Assembly: GCA_905331295.1 (NCBI GenBank)
Contig: CAJNYD010000223.1
Span: 124,001 to 188,000 of the forward strand
Origin: Rotaria socialis
Taxonomy: Eukaryota
Reading direction: 5' to 3'
DNA length: 64,000 nucleotides
The notes under the pieces were generated by a model that was not told where the DNA came from, did no database searches, and saw only the letters and a program-made list of their open reading frames with translations. A program made the translations under genes and the position numbers. Position 1 is the stretch's first letter, and every line of letters starts with the position of its first letter. This document shows, piece by piece, positions 12,501 through 24,221 of this stretch.

Positions 12501-13799
12501 CTGTTTTGTATTCAACGCCTGATTTGAAAGAAATGTTGAAGAGTTCAGAGTTATAATTTTAAATCCATTATCCTCAGTTTGTTTTACTCAATTTCTATAA
12601 GAGTGAGGAAATTAAAATTACCTTCTTGATGTTATATTGAAGCAAAATTAATATGGATCAAAAATAAACATGGTGAAATTTTAGAATGAAAGAAACAGAC
12701 ACTGTTGCTATAAATTCTTTTGATAAATGAATATCTCTCAAAAGTTATATATCTGTACAATTCGTTTAATATTTCTTCAAATAATCCGAGTAAATCGACG
12801 AGCATTGTAGTCTTAACCTCTTCTATAAGCGGGACTTTTCTCACCGACATTATAGAACTATAAGTAGATAATAGCTGGTCTATTATATGACTAATGAAAC
12901 AGATTGTTGTACATTTTAAAGGTATGTTTAGCTATCGTGTTTTCGAACCAAGTGAATCACCGATTAGAATTACTTTTTTTAAGATCTTTTACACGGGAAA
13001 ATACATCGATTCATTCGAAATTTTAATTGCGTCGAAAACTTTCGTCTTTATTTTATCCTGTTCTTGTAGACGCTTACCTCACTTAGACTAATTAACAATG
13101 GTATAGGACCTATTGGAGCACAACATTTTTCTAATGTCCTACGAGACAATTCGGTGACTTTCTTTTTCTTCTTATATACTTTATACACGTTTTTTTCTAC
13201 AAGTAGACATTCACTGCTATAGAACTTGGTGCTAATCTAATCGAAGACAAAGGAGTAGGGTACCTAGCTGATGTCTTTCGAACCAATAAGGTAATTTGCA
13301 TGTTATCTTCATCTTTTTCATGTCTATTTTCTTCAGTATATAGACAATCACCAAGGTAGACTTTAGATCGAACTACATCGGAGACAAAGGTGTCGAATAT
13401 CTCGCTGATAGCTTACGGTATAACAAGGTAGTTCACAGTTTGCTTCCATACATATATCTGGTATTTTCCGGCTTCTATACATGCAGACAATTACCGAAAT
13501 CGATCTAAGCGACAATAAAATCGGAGACAAAGGAGTAAAACTTATTAGTGATGCTTTAAGAGAAAACATGGTAACTCTTACTAGTTTCAGGCTTCTCTCA
13601 CGTTTACTTTTACCTGTACACAGACACTTAAAAAAATAGATCTTGGCAACAATCGATTCATTCAGAAAGGGACACAATACTTACGTGACATCCTAGAAAT
13701 AAATAACGTAATTTACACTCCTTCTTTACCTATCTTATATATATATATATATTTTTTTTTGTTCTTTTCATACAGATGTTTCAAGAAGAAATGGACTAA
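9544..13799 (+). CDS. F-box protein with an RNI/NLRC3-type leucine-rich repeat array (17 exons)
   Basis: Exon 1 (9544-10734) has an F-box (LTNLPLELIHRIFDY). It is followed by fifteen 84-nt exons, each one 28-aa LRR (e.g. TITNLNLKNNTIGPKGIQYIAEALQQNK), starting at 11140, 11281, 11419, 11558, 11697, 11836, 11976, 12115, 12256, 12395, 13070, 13207, 13344, 13487 and 13624. The last exon 13776-13799 reads MFQEEMD*. Confidence 0.85.
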
Positions 13800-14324
13800 G
13801 TCTGAGGGACTTCGTAGGAAGTGCCACATGATCACCAAAAGAAAATCAATAGAATTCAATGGATTCATTTTTTTTCTTGTATCCATATTTCATTTCTTCC
13901 TTTTTTCTCCAGTGCTTTTCTTTCTTTTAGCCGTTCGAAATAGAATCACGTACTTGAAAGCATAAAAGTCGAATAGGTGCATTATCAGAGGATAAGAGTG
14001 GTGTTGTTACAGTTGACATGAGAATTTACTTGAGATTGGAATTGATAAACAACACGAAATTTCATGAACATTCTATGAGTCATCAGATAATCAATGTTTG
14101 CTCTTAATTTTTTTTCGTTTGAGTTTCGAGAGCTAGCGATTTCGATTCATTGACTGAGGCTGTGTAGCCTCGAATATGATCGAAAAAGAATAATAACTAA
14201 AATATGTTTACATTGAGAATATTATAATATTTTTATGAAATATGCTTAAAAATAGTAATAAAATGCTACAATTTTGTTCAACAATGGTACAATCTCTTCT
14301 ATCACCCGGGATCAAAGCAACGAC

Positions 14325-14367
14325 TAGGGTGTGGGTGTCCGTCTTCTCTTTTCCCACACCCACACCC
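14325..14367. repeat. Telomere-repeat-bounded mini-element
   Basis: TAGGGTGTGGGTGTCCGTCTTCTCTTTTCCCACACCCACACCC. Confidence 0.7.
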
Positions 14368-15130
14368 AGTTCCAACAATGAAAAATAGTGTACACCGAGT
14401 GGCCTCAACTACTTCGGAAGCAAAGTAGTTTTGACACTTCTAATTGTGATATATTCGTAATCGGTGCCCTTGAATCCACAATTACATGTGACGTTGATTC
14501 GTGAAAAAATAAACTTTGTTTTCGATGATACCTATGGGTTACCTCAGGCAAAAAAAATCGTCAATGCTAATTTTCGGGAAACAAAGTTGAAAAAAGTGAT
14601 CAAGAACGATCCTTGATTAATAGATGATAGAAATAACTCAAGTATGACGGAGGGGGGGGGGGAAGAAAAAACGAATNCAGAAAAAACGAATTTATCCGGC
14701 CTCCTCCTTTATTTAGATTTTATTTGAACATTCATTTCATAGGAAACCAGAACTAGAGCAAGAATTATGATTCTTAAAAAAGAGGTCTTAGATTGATTTT
14801 AACAAAATTTGCAAAAAAACTTATGGAATTAAGTCAACCACACTATTCTCCTAAATATGTCATTGTTGCAGAATGATCACTTCATCCTAATCTTAGCTAA
14901 ACAACACAACATTCGAATTCAGTTGGCTCTGTACGAGAAATCACATGTTTTTCTTCTTCTTAAACAATTACATATCATTGTGGACTAGTGACACCATCTA
15001 TAGAATCTATGATTGCATAAGATCATAAACGTATAGTAATAGTCTCCGCTTCGAATGTGAAATCATAATAGAGATAATATTCAAATAATTAATTAATTTT
15101 ATCTTCATTATCACTCAAACAATAGCTTCC

Positions 15131-18100
15131 ATGTCAACGATGACCGATATAAATATGATAACAAACTATTCTGCTGAAGATATAGGTTAGTTCTTTTATT
15201 TTTTTTCTATTATTTCAAATATTATGTATTTCAAATTAGAACGAATTATTAATAGTTTCTATTCTCCTACATCTCAATTAACTATAGAACAACGTCAACA
15301 ATTAAATGCCATTCTTGAAAATTTACAATATTCAAAATTAGCATGGGATTTCTCATGGAAACTATTAGATATCAATAAATCTGCAAGTGTACAATTTTTC
15401 GGTGCTGTTGCTCTTTGTAATAAAATTTCAAAACATTTGTGAGTTGTCTCAGTGAATTTTTAGTTTATTTTATTGATTTAAAATTTCAGATCCGAATTAG
15501 ATGATAATCAAATTCAACAACTTTTCCAACAACTTATTCAACGATTAATTTTCTATATTTCGATTCATTCAAAACAGATTATTACAAAATTAACTGTTGC
15601 TGTTCGTAAAAGATTTTCAAACAAAAAGAAAAGATTTCTTAGTGAATTTTTCTCAATTTAGTTAGATCATTTAATTTTGCATATGATACCAGACAAATGG
15701 AATAATGGTATCATAACTATTGTTAATTTATTTACACAATCTCAAAATGAATTTTTACTTCAACATGTTTGTGAATTAATAAATTTTCTATTAAAATATC
15801 ACATTTTTATGTGTTACATTTCTTTTAGCCGGAAAAAGGACACCTAATTGTATTGAATATTTTAACTATATTGCCTGAAGAAGTAAGTCGTATACATTAG
15901 AATTCACTAGATGTTTGATTTCTGTTAGTCAGTATTTACATACTGCAAAGCAAAAAACATGGTGAATCAAACTAAAATTCTTTTTTTCTTTTGTATTTTA
16001 GTTTTCGCGCATTAATGTATCAAAATCTCAACGTTCGTTAATTCGACTTGAACTTGAAAAAGAATTTCCTAATGGTAATGAAAGAAAATTAAATCAAAAT
16101 TTCTCTCTTAAATCGTTTTTTTTCTTCTTAATTTAGTTCTTAATTATCTACAATTTATTATTTCGACTTATAATCAAACAGATATTCTTGGTAAAATATT
16201 TTCTTGTCTATCGAAATGGCTTGAATTTGGCATATCAATCCTTCAAATTGAAATACTTTTTGAATATTTATTTAACTCATTAAATAATGAAAATCTATTT
16301 GAAGATGTTTGTGATTGTCTTACGGTTCTATTTACTTCACCTGATGCATTAAAATATCCATCAACATTTTCTCGTTTGTTTCCTTATATTCTGCAATTTG
16401 AAATAATACTTGATCAATGTTTAACAGCAGGAAATAAAGTAAAAGAAAAAGGCATTTTACTTCTCTTTCTTAACTTAGTTTTTTCAACAAAAAGGAAAAA
16501 GCTGAATGTATAACGAAATTACTCACACAATTTGGTGAGAATCTTGCTCAACTTATCGTACAAATGTCGACGACACCAAACTCACAAATGCTTGCACATA
16601 ATTTTTGTCGTCTTGTTATGGTAAAATTTGTTTATTTGATAGCTAAGTTATATTTTATTTTAATTTTAGAAATGTACGGAGATCAAAGGGCAATATCCCA
16701 TTGATGAAACATGTTCAATAATAGCATTAGAATTTTGGAATACATTAGAAGTATTGTATAGGAGTTATTTTCAGTATTCAGCCATGAGACTATTTTTTTG
16801 TTAGGAAGAAGTTACTTCAATCAATGAAAAAATAAATCAAGAAGCTCGATTAGAATTCTTCCGTCCGTATTTTGAATATTTGATTGAAGTGTTAATATTA
16901 AAAGGACAATTACCAGCTAATGAGAATATATTTACCAATGAAGATAAAGAAACATTTCGGTGCTATCGTTCGGCTATCATAGAAACTATGGTAAATAATC
17001 AGTATACGCAGAATAAAAACATAGACTGGTATATTTAGATATGTATGCATAATGCTCTCGATAAAAGAGCGATGAAAGGTAAGCTGAATTGAATTCTAAA
17101 AACAAACGATAGAATTAAGTAACAACACCAGACAGGACCAACTGAATCCTCCTGTGACATTCTCGGGCAGTCAATAAAACTCGAAGCCATCGGCGGATAG
17201 TGTTAATTGGAAAATTTATTTATTTTTCTTATAGTATTACTCAATCGTTTATTAATATCTATTGAGCAAAGTCAACCATGGCAAATGCAAGAATCAATAG
17301 TCCAATTAACTGGTGCTGTATCTGAATGTATTTCACCTGATGAGAATCAAGATTTGCCGCATATTTTTTCACTCTTACCAAAATTAAATTTTTCAAATAG
17401 TTTAATTATGAATACTACGTTGATTGTTTTAGGTAGGCTAATTTCTGAGAAAATCAATGATTTATCGTTAATTCTGATTTTATTTAAGGAAAATATAGTA
17501 GTTGGCTAGGCAATCATCCTGATATACTGCAACATTGTGTACATCTATGTATAAATGCTTTATCGAATCCAGAACTAATTCAATCGGCTTCGGTTGCTTT
17601 AAAAGAATTAATTAAAGAAAATCGAATGTATATGTCGAAATATTTGAATGATATTTTTCCAATTATGAAAGTAATTGAAATCTAAATGTGAATATAAACA
17701 TAGAATGTGTTGTATTTCTCATTTGTAAAGAATGTTCTTGAGAATGTTCATGTTCAGGAAGATGATCGTATTCGGTGTTTATCAATTATTGGTTATATTC
17801 TATCGGGACATCCATCGAAAATTGTGATTGATCATTTGAATATTATACTTGTACCTGAAGTGAATAAATTATTCGATTATTTATCAAAAACAAACAATAA
17901 TCAGGTAAAAATAAAGAGTTTTTTTCTCCTAAAATTCAAATAGAATATTGCTAGGAAAATATTTGTACAACATTAAATTTTATATCTGTACTTCTTGTTG
18001 CGATTGGTTATTATGGTGATCAAAATGATGGCGAAGAAAATGAACAAAAATATCAAACAGTACAAAATCCGAGTAATATATCTGAAGTGGTAAGAAATTA

Positions 18101-19410
18101 TACTTCATTACAAATGTAGAAACTTTTGTTTGTTTTCTTCATTTAAGTTATGCTGTATTCTTCGTGATCTTGATCCTATTCTTCAAATGATTGTTAAACA
18201 ATATACGGATGATTTTCAAGTCACAGAAGTAAAGATGAATTTCTATTGATTTTTTTCTATTGATTTGATTTAATATTTTGAAGAAAATTTGTGAAATTCT
18301 TACAAGAATAGTAACCATATTGAGAGAAGCAAGTAGTCTAGTATTAAATATATTTGTTCAACTTTTACAAAATATGGGACCAACGATATTACACGATGGA
18401 TTTTTAAGTTTAGTTCGAAATGTAAGTTGAAAGATTCTTTATTAGTGAAAAATATTTTTTTACTGCTTGATCTAGATTCTTCTTCTGTTTTCAAAAGATG
18501 TTGATAAACCAGTGTTTAATCTTTTTCTCATTGTTCTGCAAAAAATTCGATGCCTATTCAATGGAGGTTTGTTTCTTTAACTTTCGTTTTTTCTTTCATT
18601 ACTTAAATGATTTTTAGATATACAACGGTTAAAAAATCATGTCGATACGATAGAAGATGTTGCTAATTTCTTTAGTCAGGTTATAAAAAAATTGCCAAAT
18701 GTTGTACATCAATGTCCTGAGGAAGCATTCATTCTATTCATCGAATTCAGTAAGTATTAAACTCAAATGTGCATACATTTATTTTATTTAAGTTTATATA
18801 TTTTAAGTAAAAATTGGTATTCAATTACATGAACAAGGAACATTAAAAAGTATATCAACATTTACTGTAAGCGGATAATAAATATTTTTGAATAATTCCA
18901 ATGCTGGTTTTGTTTTTGTAGTCTAATTTTATTGAATATACAAAATCAAATCATCAAGCAGCAAACCTTCTACAACAAAATGGACTTGAAATAGTTCAAA
19001 TTCTATTCAAGGTTAGATTCATTGCCAATAATCATTTATTATCTTCTAATGCTCAACTTTTCTAATAAATTCTTGTTTAGTGTATCGGTGGAACAAGTCC
19101 TCATCATCTAATAGAACATTTATCATTACCTCTTTTTACTCTATCAAAAACATATTTTGATTGGACAATATGTTGGGTTCAACAATGCTTGAATGATCCA
19201 AATTTCCCAACACCATCTGCTAGTCGTCATCATCGTGAAACACTATTGAAAATGTTAACAGCGTAAGCTTGTAGTTTTTATTCAATTAACTACCATTATA
19301 ACCTATTTATTTGATTTAGTAAACACACTAGTCGTTCGACTTTCAAAGATCATATCACAAAATTTTCATTGGCATGCCGTGAAACAATATCGAAAGAAAA
19401 CAATTCATGA
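15131..19410 (+). CDS. IPO13: Importin-13 (importin-beta family), multi-exon
   Basis: Importin-beta N-terminus (LQYSKLAWDFSWKLL...VQFFGA) and the importin-13-like motif GQYPIDETCS...EFW, spread over roughly twenty short exons with GT-AG introns; ends ...ETISKENNS*. Confidence 0.8.
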
Positions 19411-20329
19411 AGATTGATCATGAATTGCATGTTTTTTTATTCCTACCAATTGATAACGCTGTTGTTGTTTTCTACTTCCTTTTGTTTATTGTATACAATT
19501 ATATGTTCTGCGTGTTGAATTACCACTCCGCTGACAGAAGAGAGAGAGCGGTACCCATAAAAATGCGTTTATATTCATGTTTAATGATTTATTTTACTGT
19601 CGAAAAAATATGATAGAATGTTAGAATGCGTATACTTTCTCTACGATCAAAATGACATTGTGATTAGTGATGTTTGGCTAGTAGAATTAATCACTTTCTG
19701 ATAAAGACACTTCTTAGTGTAAGAATGCGTCACACAATGAGGTATATTCTCTCGCCCATGATATGAATCGCCGACGCCCGGTTCATATTTTTGCATAACT
19801 TTTGAATTTTATTACTTTTTAGTTGTCATGTTATCATTGACCAAAGAATTTCCTAAATTTTCACAAATACATACAGTTGCAGGATGGTCGCAAGGTAGCA
19901 TGACAGCATTTTTACGGAGTGCTCCCTGATACAGTTTGATAGCTGTTTTAAATTTTCCGATTTTATCGAATACAGTACCAATATTATCCTATGTGGTAGC
20001 TAAATCAGGTGGATTCCGGTCTAAAGTTTGTTTTCGTATATCTAGAACTTTGCAATGTAAGAATAATGCTTTCTTAAGTAGACCGCATCCTTCGTATGCC
20101 ATACTCATGTTGCTCAGCGTAGTAAGTAAAAGTACGTGTCTCTGAAACCAACGCTTTGATAAGGTTTTTCATTGCATATTTATAGTACTTCATATTAATA
20201 AAAAGCATGCTCATGCTATTGTAGGTAGTAGCTAAAACGAGGTGGTGCTCGGCTTTCTTTTTGACAAACGTTTTGGTGCCATTTTATTATAAAATAAAGT
20301 TCTTCTGCCATCCCCTCGGCAGTCATGGA

Positions 20330-21803
20330 CAGTAGCGATACCTAATAGCTTTCGGCAAACACTTTAGGGTTGATGGGAAATGTATGAAGGATAACTTCTT
20401 GTGCTTGATGATAATAATTTAGAGCCTTATCATATTCACCTAGCTGTTGACATTCGAGAGCAAGTTTGCTCAAAACTATGTATATGTCGAAATGGAGGAG
20501 TGGTAGACTGCTTTTTCTAAATTAGTCATTCATCAGATTGTGAATGCTGCTTATGTTCGAATACGTCATCAGAAAACTTGGATGATTCCCAATAAGTCAT
20601 ACCTAGATTCATATATTCGATTGACATCTCTTCATCCTCCTTTATTTTCGTTTTCCGCTCCATCTCAATCGAAGTTTGATGATATGTTAATGCATCCTGA
20701 TATTCGCCAAGTGCAATTTTGCCTGACCGTTTTGCTGCTGCCAAATCCTCAAGTTTGCACTCATAATAACATAAATGCGTATAGATATGCATTTTTTCTT
20801 CATCTGATGGGTCTTCTCTCAGAATTAGTTCACAATAGCGTTTTGCTTGAGCAAATTGGCCCATCGTTTCAAGTAGCGTTAAATTCACCACCGAAATATT
20901 AGGTATCAATTCTGCCACATCAACAATGCGAAACACACTACCCATACCAAATAACACTTCACCTTCATTTTTATTGAAGCTAACATTGCGAATGGTACCT
21001 TCCTATTGGAATCAATTTTATTATCGACCAAAACTTTAAACATAACGCACTCAAATCAATGAAGAAATAGCAAAACTTGAAGATGTTATCAAGATTTCGT
21101 GCCCGAAAAGCATGATTATAATCAGGCGAAATAGAAAACAATCGTGTGTGTACCATGCAACAGCTTGATCAGCCTTATCATTTGACTCGAAGTCAGATAT
21201 GTTTTGTTGTTCTTTTGCATCTTTTGAGTAGCATTTTCGGCATTCATCAATTAAATCTCGTTTATTTTGTTCACTTTTTGGCAATCGAGCCAAAACATCA
21301 ATAAGTAATTGAAACCACAAGAAAGCGGTCTTGTCTTTGTCAATATTGTGGAATGATGTTTGATGAACGTCTTGTAATGGAAAAATATTTGCAGGTGTGA
21401 AATGGTGTCGCAGAAATTGGACATCGTGCTGAATTTTTCCTACTAACTCCGCTGGTCTATTATACACGCCACGTATTTTCGAATATCCATTTGCCCAGTC
21501 TCTATGCTCAGTTGTATCATTACAATATATAAAAACAAACGATCTGAACTTGTTCATAAAAATGTAAAAGAGTGAATTTTTACCGATTGACCCGGAGATG
21601 ATAAAAAACACTTTATCGGCGACATCCGATGCAGAAAAATACTTCAGACATTCCTCTATAATATTGAAAATATAAAGGTGATTGACCAAGTTACCTAAGT
21701 CCATTTCACGATTCAAATAATCAAGTTCATTTAATTCATTTGTTGTCTAGCTATCGAGCCAAACAAGTTCGAATTCACATCCTGGCTCTTCAATAGTAAC
21801 CAT
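20330..21803 (-). pseudogene. Pseudogene of a receiver-like + ADP-ribosyltransferase + TPR protein
   Basis: MVTIEEPGCEFELVWLDS* has an early stop. FLWFQLLID, WYTHDCFLFRL and EGEVLFGMGSVFRI match the neighbouring paralogues. Frameshifts and deletions remove most of the ART core; the 3' boundary is approximate. Confidence 0.75.
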
Positions 21804-21984
21804 GATTAAATTCTATCAAGTTAACTCAAAAATTGTATGCTTACCGAACACAAGAAAATATGCTGCATTATAATGCGAAGAAACAATGGAGCGAGTTGCA
21901 TGCAGCATAAATTATGCTTAAACAAATTCTTGTGTTTACTCTTAACAGAACTGTTGTTCGGTGATTCACATTTTCAATAGTTAG

Positions 21985-22345
21985 TGTGTGTGAGTGTGGG
22001 TGTGGGTGAATAGAGGAATGACACTCATACCCACCCACACCTACATCCGTATATTGAAGCTATGAAAAAAATAATGATTTAAATTACTTAGCACCGTCTT
22101 CTTCATCTCGATTCACAGCCAAATCTTGCACAAGTGCTAAACAGCAAATCACCAAACTAATGATACCTGATAGGATTATATCGTTCTTAACAGTTCTATA
22201 CTAATCTTTTCTTATTTCGCAGACAAAACGATGTTATATATCATAGAACGATAAACAGCGATTTATTGAAGAAAATAAATTCATAAATTGGGTGTGGGGT
22301 GTGGATGTTGATCTTTTTTTATCCTAGACTTCACACTCACATCCT
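21985..22345. repeat. Two degenerate telomere-repeat-bounded mini-elements (21985-22047, 22288-22345)
   Basis: GTGTGGGTGTGGGTG...CACTCATACCCACCCACACC and GGGTGTGGGGTGTGGATG...CACACTCACATCC. Confidence 0.55.
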
Positions 22346-22367
22346 GAGTTCCAATGATTCTGCTAAA

Positions 22368-24221
22368 TTAGTTAGACTGATGTTGTTTGAATACTTCAAG
22401 ATTGTTCATGTGGAGCAAAGTCTGAGGGTGATCTGGTGGTAGAGCCTGTCGATCGATATCGACTGCCTTTTGAGCATATTCAATAGCCTTTGCATACGAT
22501 CCCATGCTGTGAAGTATATTAGCAATGGTACCATATCCACTTGCTACAGATGGATGAATCGCTGGAAAAATTTTTATGCGAATCTTGAGGGACTCTTCAC
22601 TTTTTGCCAGAGCTTCCTCGTATTTGCCTTGATCATCGAGAATCGTAGCTATATTGGCGTGCAATGTGGCCACTAGACCGTCATCTGTATTTCCCTGAGC
22701 ATTGCAGGCTTCGATCGCTTTCTGAAAATATTCAATGGCTTGATCCTTTTTCTTTTGCTTGTGATAAAGAGTTGCAATATTGTTATATGTGGTCGCTTTG
22801 TCTGTTTTACTATCGGAACCTTCTGCATTCTTCAGTTCCAGTGACTTTTGGTAATAAGCTAATGCTTCGTCATATTTTCCCAGTTCTCCTTTAACCATTG
22901 CAAGATCATTGAATAAGACTGAACGACGTTGCCATCCAGTCTCATTTTCCAGCGCCATCAAATAGAAATATTCAGATTTCTTCCAAGCCGCTAATTGATG
23001 CATTAACTTAGCAAAATTAAGGCAAGTATTCCTATCGGCCATGGACTTTTTGAAATGTTCTTTCAAAGCATTGAGTTGTTCGTCTTGATCATTTGTGAAT
23101 GTTAAAGGGATGACCCATATTCCCTCAGGTGAGCATTCTACTGAACCAATACGAAACACCGATCCCATAGAGAAGAGCCACTCTTGTTCCATCTTGTATG
23201 CACTAAGATCAGTTATGTTGGCGAGAGGAACCACCGCATTCTTATCGACTGTAATTTCCATCAGGACACTCACCAGCTTTTTATTATTAAGAGCTGCACG
23301 AGCAAAATGAAGGGCTGCTTCAAGCTCTAAACTGGTAGAAAGAAAATTCGAGATGGATAAAAGCCCACCTTTGTTCAGACGAATTCGATCGAAAGTTTCT
23401 TTGTCCATTCCTTGTCCACGAAATAGCTTCCTTTCACCAATGCTCTCCTCTTTTTGTTTTACAATGATTTCTTCATGGAGGTGCCGAACAAATACTCGCA
23501 GAAGATAAAGTATATCGTACTGATGAGTCCGAAGAGCTTTATTCACCATACGATAAAGAAATGCCTCCTGACTGTACCACCAGACGGGAGAATGGGAAGA
23601 ATACTTTTGTTTGAGTGTTTTCAGAAATAATTGCTCTTGAGCGTTTCCTCGGTATTGCTTTTCACAAAATTCATACATATCTTGTATGCTGTCATCCGAT
23701 ACTGACAAGACAATATCTCGAAACAACTGATCATACATAAACAATGCTTCTTGTTGATTAGTCTTCGATGTAGTGTCTGACAACGATAGTTCCATCACTT
23801 CAAACCCCAACAGACTACGATCGAGATTTTTCACATCCTTGCCTAGTTGTTTGCATAGCGACAGCATGGTAGTGTAAATACCGCTGATTTCTGGGTATTG
23901 ACTAATCCAAGTTTCTTCTTTTGCCTTATCGGAAGATAATATATATATTGACTCCAGTTGCTTTTCGTCGTGTATACTTGAAACAAAGTTTTCTTCAACT
24001 TTTCCTGAAACAACTACAAAAATCTTTTCGTCTTTGATACTAGACATAAAAGTGTGACATTTTTTTTGATCCGTAAATGTTATAACTGAATTCACAATTT
24101 GTTGCAATTGAGTTTTTGACTGTTCGTTGTGCTTAGTGTGCCCTATTGATTGGTCCAACCAAACAATGATAAAGTTTTCTACGTGTTCTACTTGCGGCTG
24201 TGGTTTTGTAGGTTTCGGCAT
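22368..24221 (-). CDS. Receiver-like domain + R-S-E clade ADP-ribosyltransferase + TPR repeats (intact, intronless)
   Basis: The ORF from MPKPTK contains ENFIIVWLD, the ART motifs LFRGQ / FLSTS / EQEWLF, and C-terminal TPRs (YDEALAYYQKSLE, ATTYNNIA, HPSVASGYGTIA). Confidence 0.9.
   Translation of the reverse strand: MPKPTKPQPQVEHVENFIIVWLDQSIGHTKHNEQSKTQLQQIVNSVITFTDQKKCHTFMSSIKDEKIFVVVSGKVEENFVSSIHDEKQLESIYILSSDKAKEETWISQYPEISGIYTTMLSLCKQLGKDVKNLDRSLLGFEVMELSLSDTTSKTNQQEALFMYDQLFRDIVLSVSDDSIQDMYEFCEKQYRGNAQEQLFLKTLKQKYSSHSPVWWYSQEAFLYRMVNKALRTHQYDILYLLRVFVRHLHEEIIVKQKEESIGERKLFRGQGMDKETFDRIRLNKGGLLSISNFLSTSLELEAALHFARAALNNKKLVSVLMEITVDKNAVVPLANITDLSAYKMEQEWLFSMGSVFRIGSVECSPEGIWVIPLTFTNDQDEQLNALKEHFKKSMADRNTCLNFAKLMHQLAAWKKSEYFYLMALENETGWQRRSVLFNDLAMVKGELGKYDEALAYYQKSLELKNAEGSDSKTDKATTYNNIATLYHKQKKKDQAIEYFQKAIEACNAQGNTDDGLVATLHANIATILDDQGKYEEALAKSEESLKIRIKIFPAIHPSVASGYGTIANILHSMGSYAKAIEYAQKAVDIDRQALPPDHPQTLLHMNNLEVFKQHQSN

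Noticed and set aside
11140..13707. Regularly spaced ~139-bp units as a CRISPR-like array
   Set aside because: The units are LRR exons with splice sites; there are no identical direct repeats and the context is eukaryotic.
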